A stretch of 64,000 bases of DNA from an uncultured delta proteobacterium (GTDB lineage: Bacteria; Desulfobacterota; Binatia; UBA9968). This document shows positions 31,061 to 42,948 of this stretch, piece by piece; position 1 is the first letter of the stretch, and each line of letters opens with the position of its first letter. A program made the position numbers and the translations under genes. The stretch lies in assembly GCA_963745035.1 (NCBI GenBank), contig CAVUVW010000011.1, positions 32,001 through 96,000 on the forward strand, read 5' to 3'. The notes beneath the pieces were generated by a model. That model searched no databases. It was not told where the DNA came from and saw nothing but the letters and a program-made list of their open reading frames with translations.

Positions 31061-32017
31061 CTATTTCTTGCCTTTGATGCCGAGCGAATCGATGATGCCG
31101 GCGATGCGCTTGCTGTCTTCGTCAACGAATTTTTTGTATTCGTCGCCGCTCAAGAAAATAGGCGACCAGCCGAGTTTTTCCACCGTGGCTTTCCAAGCCG
31201 CCGACTCGGTAGCGCCGCGGATGATCTTGATCAACGCATCGCGCTGTTGGGTGTTGATGCCGGGAGCGCCGAATGTGCCGCGCCAATTGGATAGCTCGAC
31301 GTCGAGGCCCTGTTCCTTGAGGGTAGGATATCCGTCCATTTTTGATGGGCTCGACACTGCGAGCGCGCGCATGCGCCCGCCTTTGATCTGCTCGCCGAAT
31401 TCGCCGACGCCGGAAACACCGGCCGTGACGTGGCCGCCGACGATCGCCGCGATCGCCTCGCCACCGCCTTTATACGGCACGTAATTGATTTTTGCCGGAT
31501 CGACACCGGCCGCTTTGGCGACCAGCCCCACAAGATGTGGTCGGTGCCGCCGGCCGAGCCGCCTCCCCAAGAGATGCTGCCCGGATTGGCTTTGAAGGCT
31601 TTGACCAGGTCGCCCAGGTTTTTGTGCGGCGAGCTTGCCGGTACGACGATGATCTCGTACTCGCCGGTGAGGCGGGCGAGAGGCGTCACCTGGTTCAAAT
31701 TTACCGGAGAGTTCTCCAAATAGATGGCCCCGACCATCACCATACCGCCGATCAGAATCGCGTTCGGGATCGCCCTTCGCCGAGTTGATGAATTGTGCAA
31801 GGCCAATGGTGCCGCCAGCGCCGCCCTTGTTGTCGAACTGCACCGAGGAAACCAGTTTCGCGCTCTGCATCGCCGCCGCGAGATTCCTCCCGGTCTGATC
31901 CCAACCGCCGCCGGGATTGGCGGGGATCATCATTTTCAGACTCGGTTGGGCGTGGATCGCGGATGCTGCTGCAAAAAATACGATGAACCACATCATGCTG
32001 AAGAGCTGTTTGCACAT
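31061..32017 (-). CDS. tctC: Tripartite tricarboxylate transporter binding protein (two compensating indels near 31770 and 31535)
   Basis: [16 protein letters not shown]; middle part ([18 protein letters not shown]) lies in another frame. Confidence 0.88.
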   Translation of the reverse strand: MCKQLFSMMWFIVFFAAASAIHAQPSLKMMIPANPGGGWDQTGRNLAAAMQSAKLVSSVQFDNKGGAGGTIGLAQFINSAKGDPERDSDRRYGDGRGHLFGELSGKFEPGDASRPPHRRVRDHRRTGKLAAQKPGRPGQSLQSQSGQHLLGRRLGRRHRPHLVGLVAKAAGVDPAKINYVPYKGGGEAIAAIVGGHVTAGVSGVGEFGEQIKGGRMRALAVSSPSKMDGYPTLKEQGLDVELSNWRGTFGAPGINTQQRDALIKIIRGATESAAWKATVEKLGWSPIFLSGDEYKKFVDEDSKRIAGIIDSLGIKGKK

Positions 32018-32198
32018 ATTGCCTCCTTGAATAGCTCGGTCGCCGGCTCGTGTTTACGATATAGTAGACGATGGGAGAATAGACAAGGGTGGAAGACCCG
32101 GACGCACGTGGTCGAGAAAATCGGTGGAGTTGCGAATTCGAGGTAGTTCGAAGCAAATACCTTATCCGCTAAAGTCCGAGTTTGCCTGGAGCGACATC

Positions 32199-33863
32199 CT
32201 ACGATAGCGGGAATCGCGCAATGTTGTTACGTCCCAGTCCGCGGAGCCCGTCGACGCTGATTGCATGACCGTTTTGGCAAACAATCTTATCGATCATCGA
32301 AAGAATGCGGATGAAGAGATCCGAGCGAAAACGGCGATTCGGAATTCTTTTCGCACCGTTCCACGAGTACAAACGTCGGTCGCCGAGAATCGTTTGCAGC
32401 GACTCAAACCCGATCCGGTTCCGTTCATCGGCCCATTGCTCGCCCATCAACTCTTCCAGAGAGCAGGAGCCGTCTGTCGGCAAGCCTTTGAGAAAGTTCA
32501 AAATTCTCGTCGTGACGAACAGGGTGTAAATATCGTCGCGACTGAAATTTTGCGTTTCGATCGCCAGGGCGGTTAGGCGGGCTTTTACGTAGTCCGCTTC
32601 GGTGAGCCCCACGCCATGCGCGATGGGCGCATTTGGCGTCCTGTAGAACGGCGAGGCGCCGAGCAGCACGGGAAGGCGGGCGTTGAAGGCGAGGGTTTGG
32701 ATCATACTATCGAGGCTTTCGTTCGGCAGTCCCAAGATTTGATAAGAGACTATTTTGAAGCCGAGTTGATACGCTTTGTTTACCACTTTTATATAAGCTT
32801 CGAGAGTGTGCGGACGCTTGGTGGTTTCGCGCACGGTCTTGTCGGAGCTCACCAGCGCGAGGTTCAAGTGTGAGAAGCCCGCCCGGTACATTAACTCGAG
32901 CAACTCGTCGTCGAGGCTCAGATAGCTGATGCCGTTCATCGCGACGAACTCCATCTCGCGATGAGGAAACTGCTCGATGAGCCGGCGGCAAAGTTCCTTG
33001 AAGGTTTGCTTGTAGTAAGTGAGATTATCGTCCTCGAAATCAATTACGCGATAACCCTGCCGGTAACGAATCTCGATTTCTTCCAGGACGTTTTCCAGCG
33101 AACGGCGGCGGTAATTTGTTCCGAAAGTCGTGTGGACCGAACAGAATGAACACTTGTGCGGGCAGCTGCGCGACGTGATCATGAAGGTCATTGGCTTGCC
33201 GGCGAGCGTATAGGGCGATGGCGAGAGATTGTCCAAATCGGGAAACGACAGATCGTCGATGGGAAAGTTATCTTGGATCGGGTTGTAAATGATCTCGCCG
33301 TTTCGCCTGTATACCAGGTTGGGCACTGCGTCCAAGGGCAGATGCTCAAGCAGGTGGCGAAGAAATGCAACGATTGCTCTTTCGCCTTCGCCGCGGATAA
33401 CGTAATCGACATGGGGCGATCCGAGCAGGGATTCGGGCGCCGCCGACGCATGGGAGCCGCCGATCACGACGGCGGCGGCGGAGCGCTTCTTTATGCGCGC
33501 GGCGACTTCGAGCGCCTCGCGATAATAGGGGGTGAAGAGCGAGGAGATGCCGACGACGTCGGGCTTGAGCGCTGCGATTTCGTTTTCGATCACATCGAAC
33601 GATGCGCCAAAATGATAGTAACGATGGAACGTCGAGAACGGCGACTTGTCATCGACGGCGTAGTAATCGGTCAAGTAGCGCAACTCCTTCGGAATAGCTA
33701 CGGTGCGGCGGCCGGAGCCGCCGTGGTAGTCTTTGACGAGGACGTCGATCTCGGGAAGATGCTTTTTTACCGCGGCTTTGAGATAGCAGAGGCCGATGGG
33801 TTGTAGCCGCACGTCGGTGTCGTAAAAGTCCTGGATCGGGGGCTGGATAAGCAGAAGTTTCAT
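32199..33863 (-). CDS. B12-binding domain radical SAM protein
   Basis: PIGLCYL, DVVGISSLF, GGSHAS, SRSCPHKCSFC, FEDDN. Confidence 0.9.
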   Translation of the reverse strand: MKLLLIQPPIQDFYDTDVRLQPIGLCYLKAAVKKHLPEIDVLVKDYHGGSGRRTVAIPKELRYLTDYYAVDDKSPFSTFHRYYHFGASFDVIENEIAALKPDVVGISSLFTPYYREALEVAARIKKRSAAAVVIGGSHASAAPESLLGSPHVDYVIRGEGERAIVAFLRHLLEHLPLDAVPNLVYRRNGEIIYNPIQDNFPIDDLSFPDLDNLSPSPYTLAGKPMTFMITSRSCPHKCSFCSVHTTFGTNYRRRSLENVLEEIEIRYRQGYRVIDFEDDNLTYYKQTFKELCRRLIEQFPHREMEFVAMNGISYLSLDDELLELMYRAGFSHLNLALVSSDKTVRETTKRPHTLEAYIKVVNKAYQLGFKIVSYQILGLPNESLDSMIQTLAFNARLPVLLGASPFYRTPNAPIAHGVGLTEADYVKARLTALAIETQNFSRDDIYTLFVTTRILNFLKGLPTDGSCSLEELMGEQWADERNRIGFESLQTILGDRRLYSWNGAKRIPNRRFRSDLFIRILSMIDKIVCQNGHAISVDGLRGLGRNNIARFPLS

Positions 33864-34029
33864 CGCGCTGGAGATTTATAGCGCATGGAGTGAGGGTAGG
33901 GAAAGCCGTTGGCCCAGCGCGGCAGAGCTACTTGCGTGGTTGCGAAAACTCTCGACGATGGTGGTACGGTGAGTTTCAACTGTGCTAAGGATGAGGCGAC
34001 TCCGATCAGGCAATCTCGAAGGACGGACG

Positions 34030-35097
34030 ATGAAAATCACACAAGTGGAAACTCGCGCGTTGGAGATGCCGTACACTAAGCCATTGGTGACGGCGACCAA
34101 CAATTTTACCGTCGCGCGCGGATTGCTCGTGACCGTCGTGACGGACGGCGGGACTCAGGGGTATGGCTATTCCGACCTCTTCCCGCGCACGGGCGAGACG
34201 CCGGAAACGGCGCAGCACGTCATTCAATCGGTGCTGAAAGCGAAGGTTGTCGGGAAGGAACTGGAAGACCTCGCGCGCATACGGGCCGACATCGATCATG
34301 TACTGACCGGACACCCGAGGGCAAAATCGTCACTCGAAAGCGCGATGTACGATGCGTTGGCGCGAAGCTATCATATGCCGCTCTCCGTCATGATGGGCGG
34401 AAAGTTCCGCAACGAGATCAAGGTCATCAAAATGGTGAGCGTCGGGGAGCCCGAAGCGATGGCTGAGGAGGCGAAACAGCTCGTCAACGAGGGGATGGCG
34501 TTGAAGCTCAAGGTCAGCGGCAAGTTTGAAAAGGACCTGCCGCGGGTCGCGGCCGTGCGCAAAGCCGTTGGCGAAGGCGTTTTCATAAAGATCGACGCCA
34601 ACGAGGCGTACGACGCCAAGACCGCGATTCGTTTGGCTAACGCCCTTGCGGATCTCGGCGTCGAAGTCTTCGAGCAGCCAGTGCCGCGCGATCAGTTCGA
34701 TGCGCTGTGGGAAGTCAAAAAACATTCGCCTCTCAAGATCGAAGCCGACCAGTCGGCGCGATCGTTCGCCGACGTGCAATTGATGATCAAGCATCGCATG
34801 GTCGACTCGGTGAACACCGGCATTCCGAAGGTCGGCAGCATCGGTGAGGTGCGGCGGATCGCCGAGTTATGCGCAGCCAACGGCGTGCGCTGCGCGCTGT
34901 CGAATACGGCGGGCAGCATGGTTGGCGACGCGGCCGCGGTCCACTTGGCCGCGAGCACACCTGGAATTTCACCACTATGCGAGCTCGGCGAGTTCGAGGT
35001 GATTACCGGCGATCCGTTCACCGGACTTTCGGTCGAGAAGGGCACGATCCGCGTGCCGGAGGGCGAAGGGTTGGGGGTGAATCCGAGAGGAATGTAA
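34030..35097 (+). CDS. Mandelate racemase/muconate lactonizing enzyme family protein
   Basis: LKLKV, IDANEAY, FEQP, ADQS, PEGEGLGV. Confidence 0.88.
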   Translation: MKITQVETRALEMPYTKPLVTATNNFTVARGLLVTVVTDGGTQGYGYSDLFPRTGETPETAQHVIQSVLKAKVVGKELEDLARIRADIDHVLTGHPRAKSSLESAMYDALARSYHMPLSVMMGGKFRNEIKVIKMVSVGEPEAMAEEAKQLVNEGMALKLKVSGKFEKDLPRVAAVRKAVGEGVFIKIDANEAYDAKTAIRLANALADLGVEVFEQPVPRDQFDALWEVKKHSPLKIEADQSARSFADVQLMIKHRMVDSVNTGIPKVGSIGEVRRIAELCAANGVRCALSNTAGSMVGDAAAVHLAASTPGISPLCELGEFEVITGDPFTGLSVEKGTIRVPEGEGLGVNPRGM

Positions 35098-35276
35098 ATC
35101 GGCTGGAGAAATGGAGTGTTGGAGTAATGGAGTGTTGCGCACAATTGACGTCATCGAGACGGAGTGTCTAATTCCGCTCGCTCCAGAGGATTGAGGTGAG
35201 GGCGAGCGTAGCTGAGAGATGGCCCTCACCGTAGCCCTTCGAAGGGCGAGGGAACTACTTAAGACAACAATAGGAA

Positions 35277-36716
35277 ATGATTATGCCGGATCTGCGTACT
35301 TGGCTAAACGAGGTCGATAAGCTCGGCCAGTTGATGACCGTCGAGAACGTGCACTGGGATTTGGAGCTCTCGACCTTGACCGAAATCATCAATGAGCGCT
35401 CAAAAACCCGTCCGGCGATTCTTTTCGACAGCATAAAAGATTATCCGCAAGGCTACCGGGTTGCCGCGAATCTGGTTTCTTCGACGGGACGTTTGGCGCT
35501 GACCCTCGGCATGGACAGCGGCTTGAGCGATATCGAGTTCATTCAATCTTGGCGCCGGCAGGTTAAGAAAATTTCTCCGCTCGCCGCTGAAACCGTGCCC
35601 ACCGCTCCGCTCTTCGAGAATGTTCAGAAGGGCAAAGACATCGACGTTCTCAAATTCCCTGTGCCGCGCTGGCACGAGCTCGACGGCGGGCGCTACATCG
35701 GCACGGACGATCTCGTGATCACTCGCGATCCTGAAGAGGGCTGGGTAAACGTCGGCACCTACCGCATCATGGTGCATGGGCCGGACCGTTTGGCGCTGCA
35801 CATGTCGCCGGGCAAGCACGGCCGCGTGCACAAGGACAAATATCACGCGCAGGGAAAGTCATTGCCGATCGCTGTTTCCTTCGGCCATCATCCGATCAAT
35901 TTTGTCGTCGCGTCTACCGACGTGCCGAATCGCGTGAACGAATACGACTATGCCGGCGGCATCCTCGGCAAACCGCTCCAGGTGGTGCAAGGTCCGATTA
36001 CCGGTTTACCGATTCCCGCCGATGCGGAGATCGCCATCGAAGGGGAAGTCGGCCTGAGCGACGTGATGCCTGAAGGGCCGTTCGGCGAGTGGACCGGCTA
36101 CTACGCGAGCAATCAACCGGCTGTGCCGGTGATTCAAGTCAAGGCGATCTATTTCCGCAACGATCCGATCCTGTGCGGCTTTCCGCTGTTGAAACCCTCG
36201 AGCGGCGACAACCTGCATTTCTCACTGATGCGCTCGGCGCTGATCTGGAATGCTCTCGACGAAGCCGGCGTGCCCGACGTCACCGGCGTCTGGTGCCACC
36301 CGTCAGGCGGCAGATTCTTGACCGTGCTTTCGATCAAGCAGCGCTATCCCGGCCACGCGCGCCAGGCGGGCATGATCGCGAGCCAGTGCCGCTCTGGCGC
36401 TTACCTCGGCCGCTACGTGGTGGTCGTGGATGACGACGTCGACATCACCGATTCGGAAGAGTTTCTCTGGGTGCTCAGCAGCCGCTCCGATCCCGCGCAG
36501 TCGATCGAAATCCTGCGCCGCGCCTGGAGCGGACCGCTCGATCCGCGCATCCCGCGCGACGAAGTCGGCCACAGCTCGCGCGCGGTGATCGATGCCACCC
36601 GCCCCTACGAGTGGCGCGAAAAATTTCCCAAGGTCAGTGGCGCCAGCCGCGAACTCAAGAATAAAGTCGCGGGCGATTGGCGCAGCTTTCTCGATGAGAG
36701 ACTCAGCAGGAGATAA
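35277..36716 (+). CDS. UbiD family decarboxylase
   Basis: DLRTWL, DGGRYIGT, NVGTYR, EGPFGEWTGYY, VVDDDVD. Confidence 0.92.
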   Translation: MIMPDLRTWLNEVDKLGQLMTVENVHWDLELSTLTEIINERSKTRPAILFDSIKDYPQGYRVAANLVSSTGRLALTLGMDSGLSDIEFIQSWRRQVKKISPLAAETVPTAPLFENVQKGKDIDVLKFPVPRWHELDGGRYIGTDDLVITRDPEEGWVNVGTYRIMVHGPDRLALHMSPGKHGRVHKDKYHAQGKSLPIAVSFGHHPINFVVASTDVPNRVNEYDYAGGILGKPLQVVQGPITGLPIPADAEIAIEGEVGLSDVMPEGPFGEWTGYYASNQPAVPVIQVKAIYFRNDPILCGFPLLKPSSGDNLHFSLMRSALIWNALDEAGVPDVTGVWCHPSGGRFLTVLSIKQRYPGHARQAGMIASQCRSGAYLGRYVVVVDDDVDITDSEEFLWVLSSRSDPAQSIEILRRAWSGPLDPRIPRDEVGHSSRAVIDATRPYEWREKFPKVSGASRELKNKVAGDWRSFLDERLSRR

Positions 36717-36770
36717 GCGGCGCCTGCTTCCGAACTTGGCAGGGGCGTTTGCCTCTCATCGGGAAATCAC

Positions 36771-37754
36771 ATGAATCGACAATGCCAGACTAAAGGAATA
36801 CTCGAACGCTACCGCGTTCTTGCCGTTGCGATGACGTTGCTTCTTTCATCGTACTGTGCGGATGCGCAAACTTCGGACAAAGTTAGGCTAGGTGTCTCGG
36901 ACGTATCTTTTACTTTTTTGCCGCATTTGATCGCCAAGGATACCGGGATTTTTCAAAGGCGGGGTCTCAACGTCGAGGTCATTTTCATTGGCGGTCCAGT
37001 CGGAACGGCGGCGTTAGCGGCGGGAGAGCTGGACTACAGCGCGTCCACCGATTCCGGCTTGCCGGCGGCGGTGCAAGGTGTGCCGATCAAGGCGGTTTTG
37101 TTCGCGATGAAAGGGCCGCCTTTCTATCTTATTTCCCAGCCTGGGTTGAAAAAGATCAACGAGCTCGCTGGTAAAAAGGTGGGGCTAAGCCGGCTCGGCA
37201 CCTCTCCCCATTATGCCAGTCGCCGTATCTTCAGAAAGTTCGGTTTCGATCCCGAGAAGGTCACTTATATTCAAGCGGGCTCCAACATGAATCGGGTCAT
37301 CGCTCTTACCAACGGTTCCTTGGACGCCTCCATGCTTTCCCTGCCGACCGCGCGAATCATGATCGACAAAGGTTTTACCGAATTGGCTTCTCCTCGGGAT
37401 ATAGGTTTGGTGCCGCACGCCGGGCTCATCGCGAGGAACGCCATTATCGAGAAGAATCGCGAGCAGGTGAAAAGGATGGTCGCCTCGCTCGTCGACGCCA
37501 TGGAGTTCATGGCTAACAACAAAGCCAAGACGATCGATTACATTGCCGGTAAATGGAAACTCAATCGCGAGCTGAGCGAGCAGCTCCTTGTTAGAGACTT
37601 GCTTCCGATGTTGACCATGGACGGACGCATGGCGCGCGAGAGCGTGCAAGAGCATCTCGACACGGAGTATCAGAATAAATTCATCACGCGCAAAGCTCAG
37701 GCGAGCGAGGTCATGGATCTCAGTATGCTCGAGGAGGTTTTGGCGAAAAGATAA
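36771..37754 (+). CDS. NMT1/THI5-like ABC substrate-binding protein
   Basis: IAKDTGIFQRRGL, LAGKKVGLSRLG. Confidence 0.82.
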   Translation: MNRQCQTKGILERYRVLAVAMTLLLSSYCADAQTSDKVRLGVSDVSFTFLPHLIAKDTGIFQRRGLNVEVIFIGGPVGTAALAAGELDYSASTDSGLPAAVQGVPIKAVLFAMKGPPFYLISQPGLKKINELAGKKVGLSRLGTSPHYASRRIFRKFGFDPEKVTYIQAGSNMNRVIALTNGSLDASMLSLPTARIMIDKGFTELASPRDIGLVPHAGLIARNAIIEKNREQVKRMVASLVDAMEFMANNKAKTIDYIAGKWKLNRELSEQLLVRDLLPMLTMDGRMARESVQEHLDTEYQNKFITRKAQASEVMDLSMLEEVLAKR

Positions 37755-37775
37755 TAGACTCGGTCCGACTGAAGC

Positions 37776-38750
37776 CTAGCGACCAACTTTGCCGAAAACT
37801 TTTTCGGTGAATCCTTCCTTGACGAGCCGATCGACGATGCTGTTGTCGACAAGCTTGTCCGTCAATTGATCAGCGCTGGCGCCTTTGATCGACTCGATCT
37901 CGATGGCGGTGGAGATCGTGCGGGGATCTACGCGGGGGATTCGCTCCAAGAATTTACTCACGATGGCATAGGTATCTTCGAGGAAAGCCGGGTCGCTGCG
38001 CTTGAAATACTTGCTGAAGATCTTCGCCGCCAGGCCGCGATCTCGAACCATGAACCCCACGCCTTCGATGTACGCCTTGAGCAGCCGTTCAGCCGTGTCG
38101 GCGTTGGTCTTGAGAAAGTCCTGGGTCACGGTGATCAGGTTCATGGCGTAGGGAACGTCCAGGTCCGCGGCGTTCGCAAGCGGCCGCGCCGCGGTCTTGG
38201 GTTTCACCGTGGTGACGAAGCCGGCGATTATTTTTTGCTCGAACGCTGCCTGAAGCTCCGGGTTGCCGCCGACCGGCCGCAACGTGACCGACTGAGTCAT
38301 CCCAAGATTGCGCAGCATAAGAGTTGTGATCGCATGACCGGTGGAACCGAATCGGGTAATGCCTATCGTTTGGCCTCTGAGCTGCTCCGGTCGCGTAAGC
38401 TCCGGTTGAGCATAGAGCGTCATGGGCGGGCGATTCATCACCGATCCGATGGCGACGATCGGCGCACCCCGTGAAGCGAGCAAGACTGCGCTCGTGCCGC
38501 CGGGCGTGGCGACTTCCAGACTGCCGCCCAAAAGCGCCTGGGCATTGGTCGCGCTCGATGAAATGTAAATAAGCTGGACGTCCAAATTATATTTCCTGAA
38601 CGCGCCGGTTTCCTGCGCCGCCCATACGCCGGAGAGCGGCGGAGCGATGGAAGCGTAGGCGAAGCGGAGCGTAGCCGCTCCGGCTTGATTCCACGCCAGA
38701 ACCGTCGTTGCGACAATCAGGGAACTCAGGAAGGCAAATCTATTCTTCAT
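37776..38750 (-). CDS. NMT1/THI5-like ABC substrate-binding protein
   Basis: AQETGAFRKYNL, LRGQTIGITRFGS. Confidence 0.82.
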   Translation of the reverse strand: MKNRFAFLSSLIVATTVLAWNQAGAATLRFAYASIAPPLSGVWAAQETGAFRKYNLDVQLIYISSSATNAQALLGGSLEVATPGGTSAVLLASRGAPIVAIGSVMNRPPMTLYAQPELTRPEQLRGQTIGITRFGSTGHAITTLMLRNLGMTQSVTLRPVGGNPELQAAFEQKIIAGFVTTVKPKTAARPLANAADLDVPYAMNLITVTQDFLKTNADTAERLLKAYIEGVGFMVRDRGLAAKIFSKYFKRSDPAFLEDTYAIVSKFLERIPRVDPRTISTAIEIESIKGASADQLTDKLVDNSIVDRLVKEGFTEKVFGKVGR

Positions 38751-38770
38751 CGCACTTTCAAAGCTCCCGA

Positions 38771-39841
38771 TTACTCAACTTTATGGAGCTTGGCCGAAAG
38801 CCAATCGCCGATATGGAAGAGCACCGACTTGTTGTCGTAATACACGCAGTGGGGCGCTCCATCGTAGATTTTCAGGTCTTTAGGGCCGGGAGCTTTTTCG
38901 TACATCTTGACCGTCTGCGACGGCGGAATGACCACGTCCTCCGATCCGTTGATCGCAAAAAACGGCACCGTAAGCTTATCGATCATCCCATCGAGGCTAA
39001 AGAGTTTTCTCGTTTGCGGCCACTCCGCTTCGGACACCTTCATGTTCAACATGCAATTATGCTTGAGCATGTGAATGATTTCGAAATCCTCCAGGCTGTA
39101 GAAGCTGCCGAGAGACACGCAAGCTTTAAATCTCTTCTCTCGCGCCGCTGCTCTGACCGCGATGTAGCCCGCGAAGCTTTGCCCGACGATCGCCAGTCGC
39201 TTCGCGTCGATCTCCGGCCGCCGCTCCAAATAGTCCACCGCTGCGCTGATCGATTCGGTTACGTCGGGCAGCAGCTGCATGCCTTGAAAGCGGGTTTCAC
39301 CTTGCCCGGCGGTATCGATCGCCAAGGTGGAGAGTCCTTTTTCCAGCAGAAAATTTGAGATCGTATGGAGCTCTATTTCTCTCGCGGCATCGAGGCCGCG
39401 AAGTAGGATTACGCACGGCGGTTTGCTGGTGGCCGGCGCTTGACGGAAATAGGCCGAGAACGTAAGCCCACCGAAAGGATACTCGACTCTTTCAGCCGGG
39501 ATGCGAAAATGCCCGCGCGCCTTGTCGTACACTGTAACGACCGAGCGGTAGGCTCCTTTTCTGATATCGTTGTCCTCGAAGGTGCCGAGCAGGCCGATAT
39601 GATAGTACGCCGCCGCGGATAAATAGTTGGCGACTTTGACTTGGTTGTCCGCCATAGCGTCCGCGCTTTCTTCGAATCTTTTTCCTACTTTGCCAAATTC
39701 GCTGCACCAGTCACCAAGCTCATGGACCTTTGCGAATGTGTCGAACAGCTCTTCCGCTCTCGCGCCGAGGCCAAACCAGCGGCGCACCCTGCCGTGATCC
39801 TTCAACTGGCCGAGCACGGCTCGCGCTTCTGCGGCGTTCAT
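38771..39841 (-). CDS. Alpha/beta hydrolase (2,6-dihydroxypseudooxynicotine hydrolase/DUF1100-like)
   Basis: GLDAARE, DTAGQGE, GQSFAG nucleophile, APH; GGAGG RBS. Confidence 0.8.
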   Translation of the reverse strand: MNAAEARAVLGQLKDHGRVRRWFGLGARAEELFDTFAKVHELGDWCSEFGKVGKRFEESADAMADNQVKVANYLSAAAYYHIGLLGTFEDNDIRKGAYRSVVTVYDKARGHFRIPAERVEYPFGGLTFSAYFRQAPATSKPPCVILLRGLDAAREIELHTISNFLLEKGLSTLAIDTAGQGETRFQGMQLLPDVTESISAAVDYLERRPEIDAKRLAIVGQSFAGYIAVRAAAREKRFKACVSLGSFYSLEDFEIIHMLKHNCMLNMKVSEAEWPQTRKLFSLDGMIDKLTVPFFAINGSEDVVIPPSQTVKMYEKAPGPKDLKIYDGAPHCVYYDNKSVLFHIGDWLSAKLHKVE

Positions 39842-40038
39842 CTTTCGATCCTCCCAAGTTGCCGTCGATTTTCTTCTCCAGTGATGTAGCACAGCCGCTC
39901 GGCCATGACCACGCAGACGGGGCCGGCAAGAGAAAAATGGATCGGTTGAGATGGTGAGCGTACTGACTTCTCGGCGATCGCGGGTAAGGCCGATGTCCGA
40001 GAGCGAAGATTGTGTTCTGTGACAGGATATGCGGCGAG

Positions 40039-40156
40039 GCGCTGATCTGGAATTCGCTCGACGAAGCCGGGGTGCCCGACGTGACCGGCGTCTGGTGTTA
40101 CCCCTCAGCGGCAGATTCTTAGCCGTGCTTTCGATCAAGCAGCGCTACCCCGACCA
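40039..40156 (+). pseudogene. Diverged internal fragment of a UbiD gene
   Basis: Aligns by eye with 36237-36355 (ALIWN.LDEAGVPDVTGVW...SIKQRYP), with indels. Confidence 0.8.
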
Positions 40157-40206
40157 TTGCTCGTCACGCTAAGGCTAAGCAGCGCTGTCTGCCGTTTTTC
40201 AGGGGC

Positions 40207-41244
40207 TCACTTGCGCGATTGATCGAAGCGAGCCCGCGCTCTTTGGTTTGTTGACGGCATGGCGGGGATCTCGCCGCGCAGGGCTCGCAGAATATTGTCC
40301 GCTGCACGCAGTTCGATTTGCCGGCGCACTTCATCCACCGCCGAGCCCAGGTGCGGTGTAAATAGCGTTTGACCGCGATTATCGAGAAGAGTTTGCGGAA
40401 TCGATTGGGGACAGTCTTGCCGTTGCAGGTCTTCCATCTCGAATACGTCCGCGGCGTAACCCGCGAGCTTGCCCGACTTCAGCGCGCGCGCCACCGCAGT
40501 TTCATCGACCACCGAGCCGCGGCCGACGTTCACGAGATAGCTGCTGGGTTTCATGACGGCGAGGGTGCGTCGTTGATCAAGTGCAATGTGCCATCCAAGA
40601 GCGGCGCCGCTAGAATCACGCAATCACTTTGTTTCAATAACTTGCTCGAGCGTGAGTCCAATCCAGCCCCTCGCGACTTCCTCGTTCGGTTCTAAACGAT
40701 GGCGATCGTGATACACGATCTTCACATCGAAACCGACGAGACGCTGCGCGATGGTCCGACCGACGGCGCCCATGCCGATGATGCCGACGACACGCCCGCT
40801 CAGTCCGGCGCCGTAAAGCTCCGGTCGCCAGCCGGTAAAATTTCCACTGTGCACGAAGCGATCGCCGTCGAGCACCCGGCGGGTGAGACCCAACAGCAGC
40901 GTAACCGCCAGCTCGGCGGTGGGAATCGTCAGGAGATCCGGGACGATGGTAAACCAGATGCCGCGCCGGCTCATGGCCTCGACGTCGAAGTTGTCGAAGC
41001 CTTTGAGAGCGGCGGCGACTATTTTCAAATTGGGGCAGTGGCGCAGGAATTCTTCATCGATCAGGTCCGGCATGAAGACCATGAGCGCATCGGCTTGCTG
41101 CGCTTTCTCGAGTAGTTCCTGGCGCGACCAGGTGGTGCGACGATCATTGACGATCACCGTGCAGCTTTGGCTTAAAAGCTCGACGACCTCGCGGTGAACC
41201 AGATGAGTGACGGTGACGCACGGTTTCACGGAAACCCCGTTCAT
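40207..41244 (-). CDS. ptxD: NAD-dependent phosphite dehydrogenase (two compensating indels near 40630 and 40568)
   Basis: [67 protein letters not shown]; ATGA coupling to ptxC. Confidence 0.88.
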
Positions 41245-42044
41245 TTGAACTGCCGGCGCAGATAACCGCTCAAGCCGTCGACCAAGGTGACCATGAGCAG
41301 CACTACAATTAGAATCGCCGAGAGGTCGCGATACTGCATGAGCCTGAGCGCCCCCATCAGCTCGAAGCCGATACCGCCGGCGCCGACCATACCCATAACC
41401 GTGGAGGCGCGGAAATTGTACTCCCAGCGGTAGATCGATACGTCGGCCATCTGCGGAATGACCTGCGGCAGGAAGCCGTGGAAGATCACCTGGAGCGGCG
41501 TATGGCCGGCGGCGCGCGACGCTTCCACGGGCGCGACGTGGGCGTGCTCGATCGCCTCGGCAAAGAATTTTCCCACCATGCCGACGGAGTGGAGACCGAG
41601 AGCCAGCACGCCAGGCAGTGCGCCAAAGCCGACGGCAGCGACGAAAACGATGCCCATGATCAATTCCGGGATCGAGCGCAGGCTGTTCAAAATGCCACGG
41701 GAGATTTGATAGACGAACGGATGCGGCGACGTGTTGACGGCCGCTAAGAACGCCAGCGGCAGAGAGAAGAGGACCGCGAGAGCGGTTCCCGCTACGCTCA
41801 TCATCAGCGTGTCCAAAACCGGCCACAGCCAGTTTTTCGCGTCGGTGAAATTGGGCGGCAACATTTCACCGACGAGACTCACGATGCTTGGAACGCCTTG
41901 CGCCAAGCGGGGACCGTCAAAAAGCTTGACGTGGTATAAAGCCGCTCCGACGATGACGAGAACCGCGCAGACGATCAGGCACGAGCGCTGCCACCGGCGC
42001 TGGTATTCGCTCAAGGTTGGGCCGTACGTGTTTTCTGTAGACAT
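41241..42044 (-). CDS. ptxC: Phosphite ABC transporter permease
   Basis: RSIPELIMGIVFVAAVGFGALPGVLALGLHSVGMVGKFFAE, YRWEYNFRAS. Confidence 0.88.
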   Translation of the reverse strand: MSTENTYGPTLSEYQRRWQRSCLIVCAVLVIVGAALYHVKLFDGPRLAQGVPSIVSLVGEMLPPNFTDAKNWLWPVLDTLMMSVAGTALAVLFSLPLAFLAAVNTSPHPFVYQISRGILNSLRSIPELIMGIVFVAAVGFGALPGVLALGLHSVGMVGKFFAEAIEHAHVAPVEASRAAGHTPLQVIFHGFLPQVIPQMADVSIYRWEYNFRASTVMGMVGAGGIGFELMGALRLMQYRDLSAILIVVLLMVTLVDGLSGYLRRQFK

Positions 42045-42057
42045 CGGATTTGCAGGT

Positions 42058-42948
<891 letters not shown>

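Noticed and set aside
39842-40138. N-terminal extension of the 455-aa hydrolase ORF
   Set aside because: It includes the antisense of the UbiD remnant; the RBS supports the start at 39841.
40624-40626. Selenocysteine read-through of TGA in ptxD
   Set aside because: The PtxD-like segment ([19 protein letters not shown]) is in another frame; two indels explain it and no SECIS is evident.
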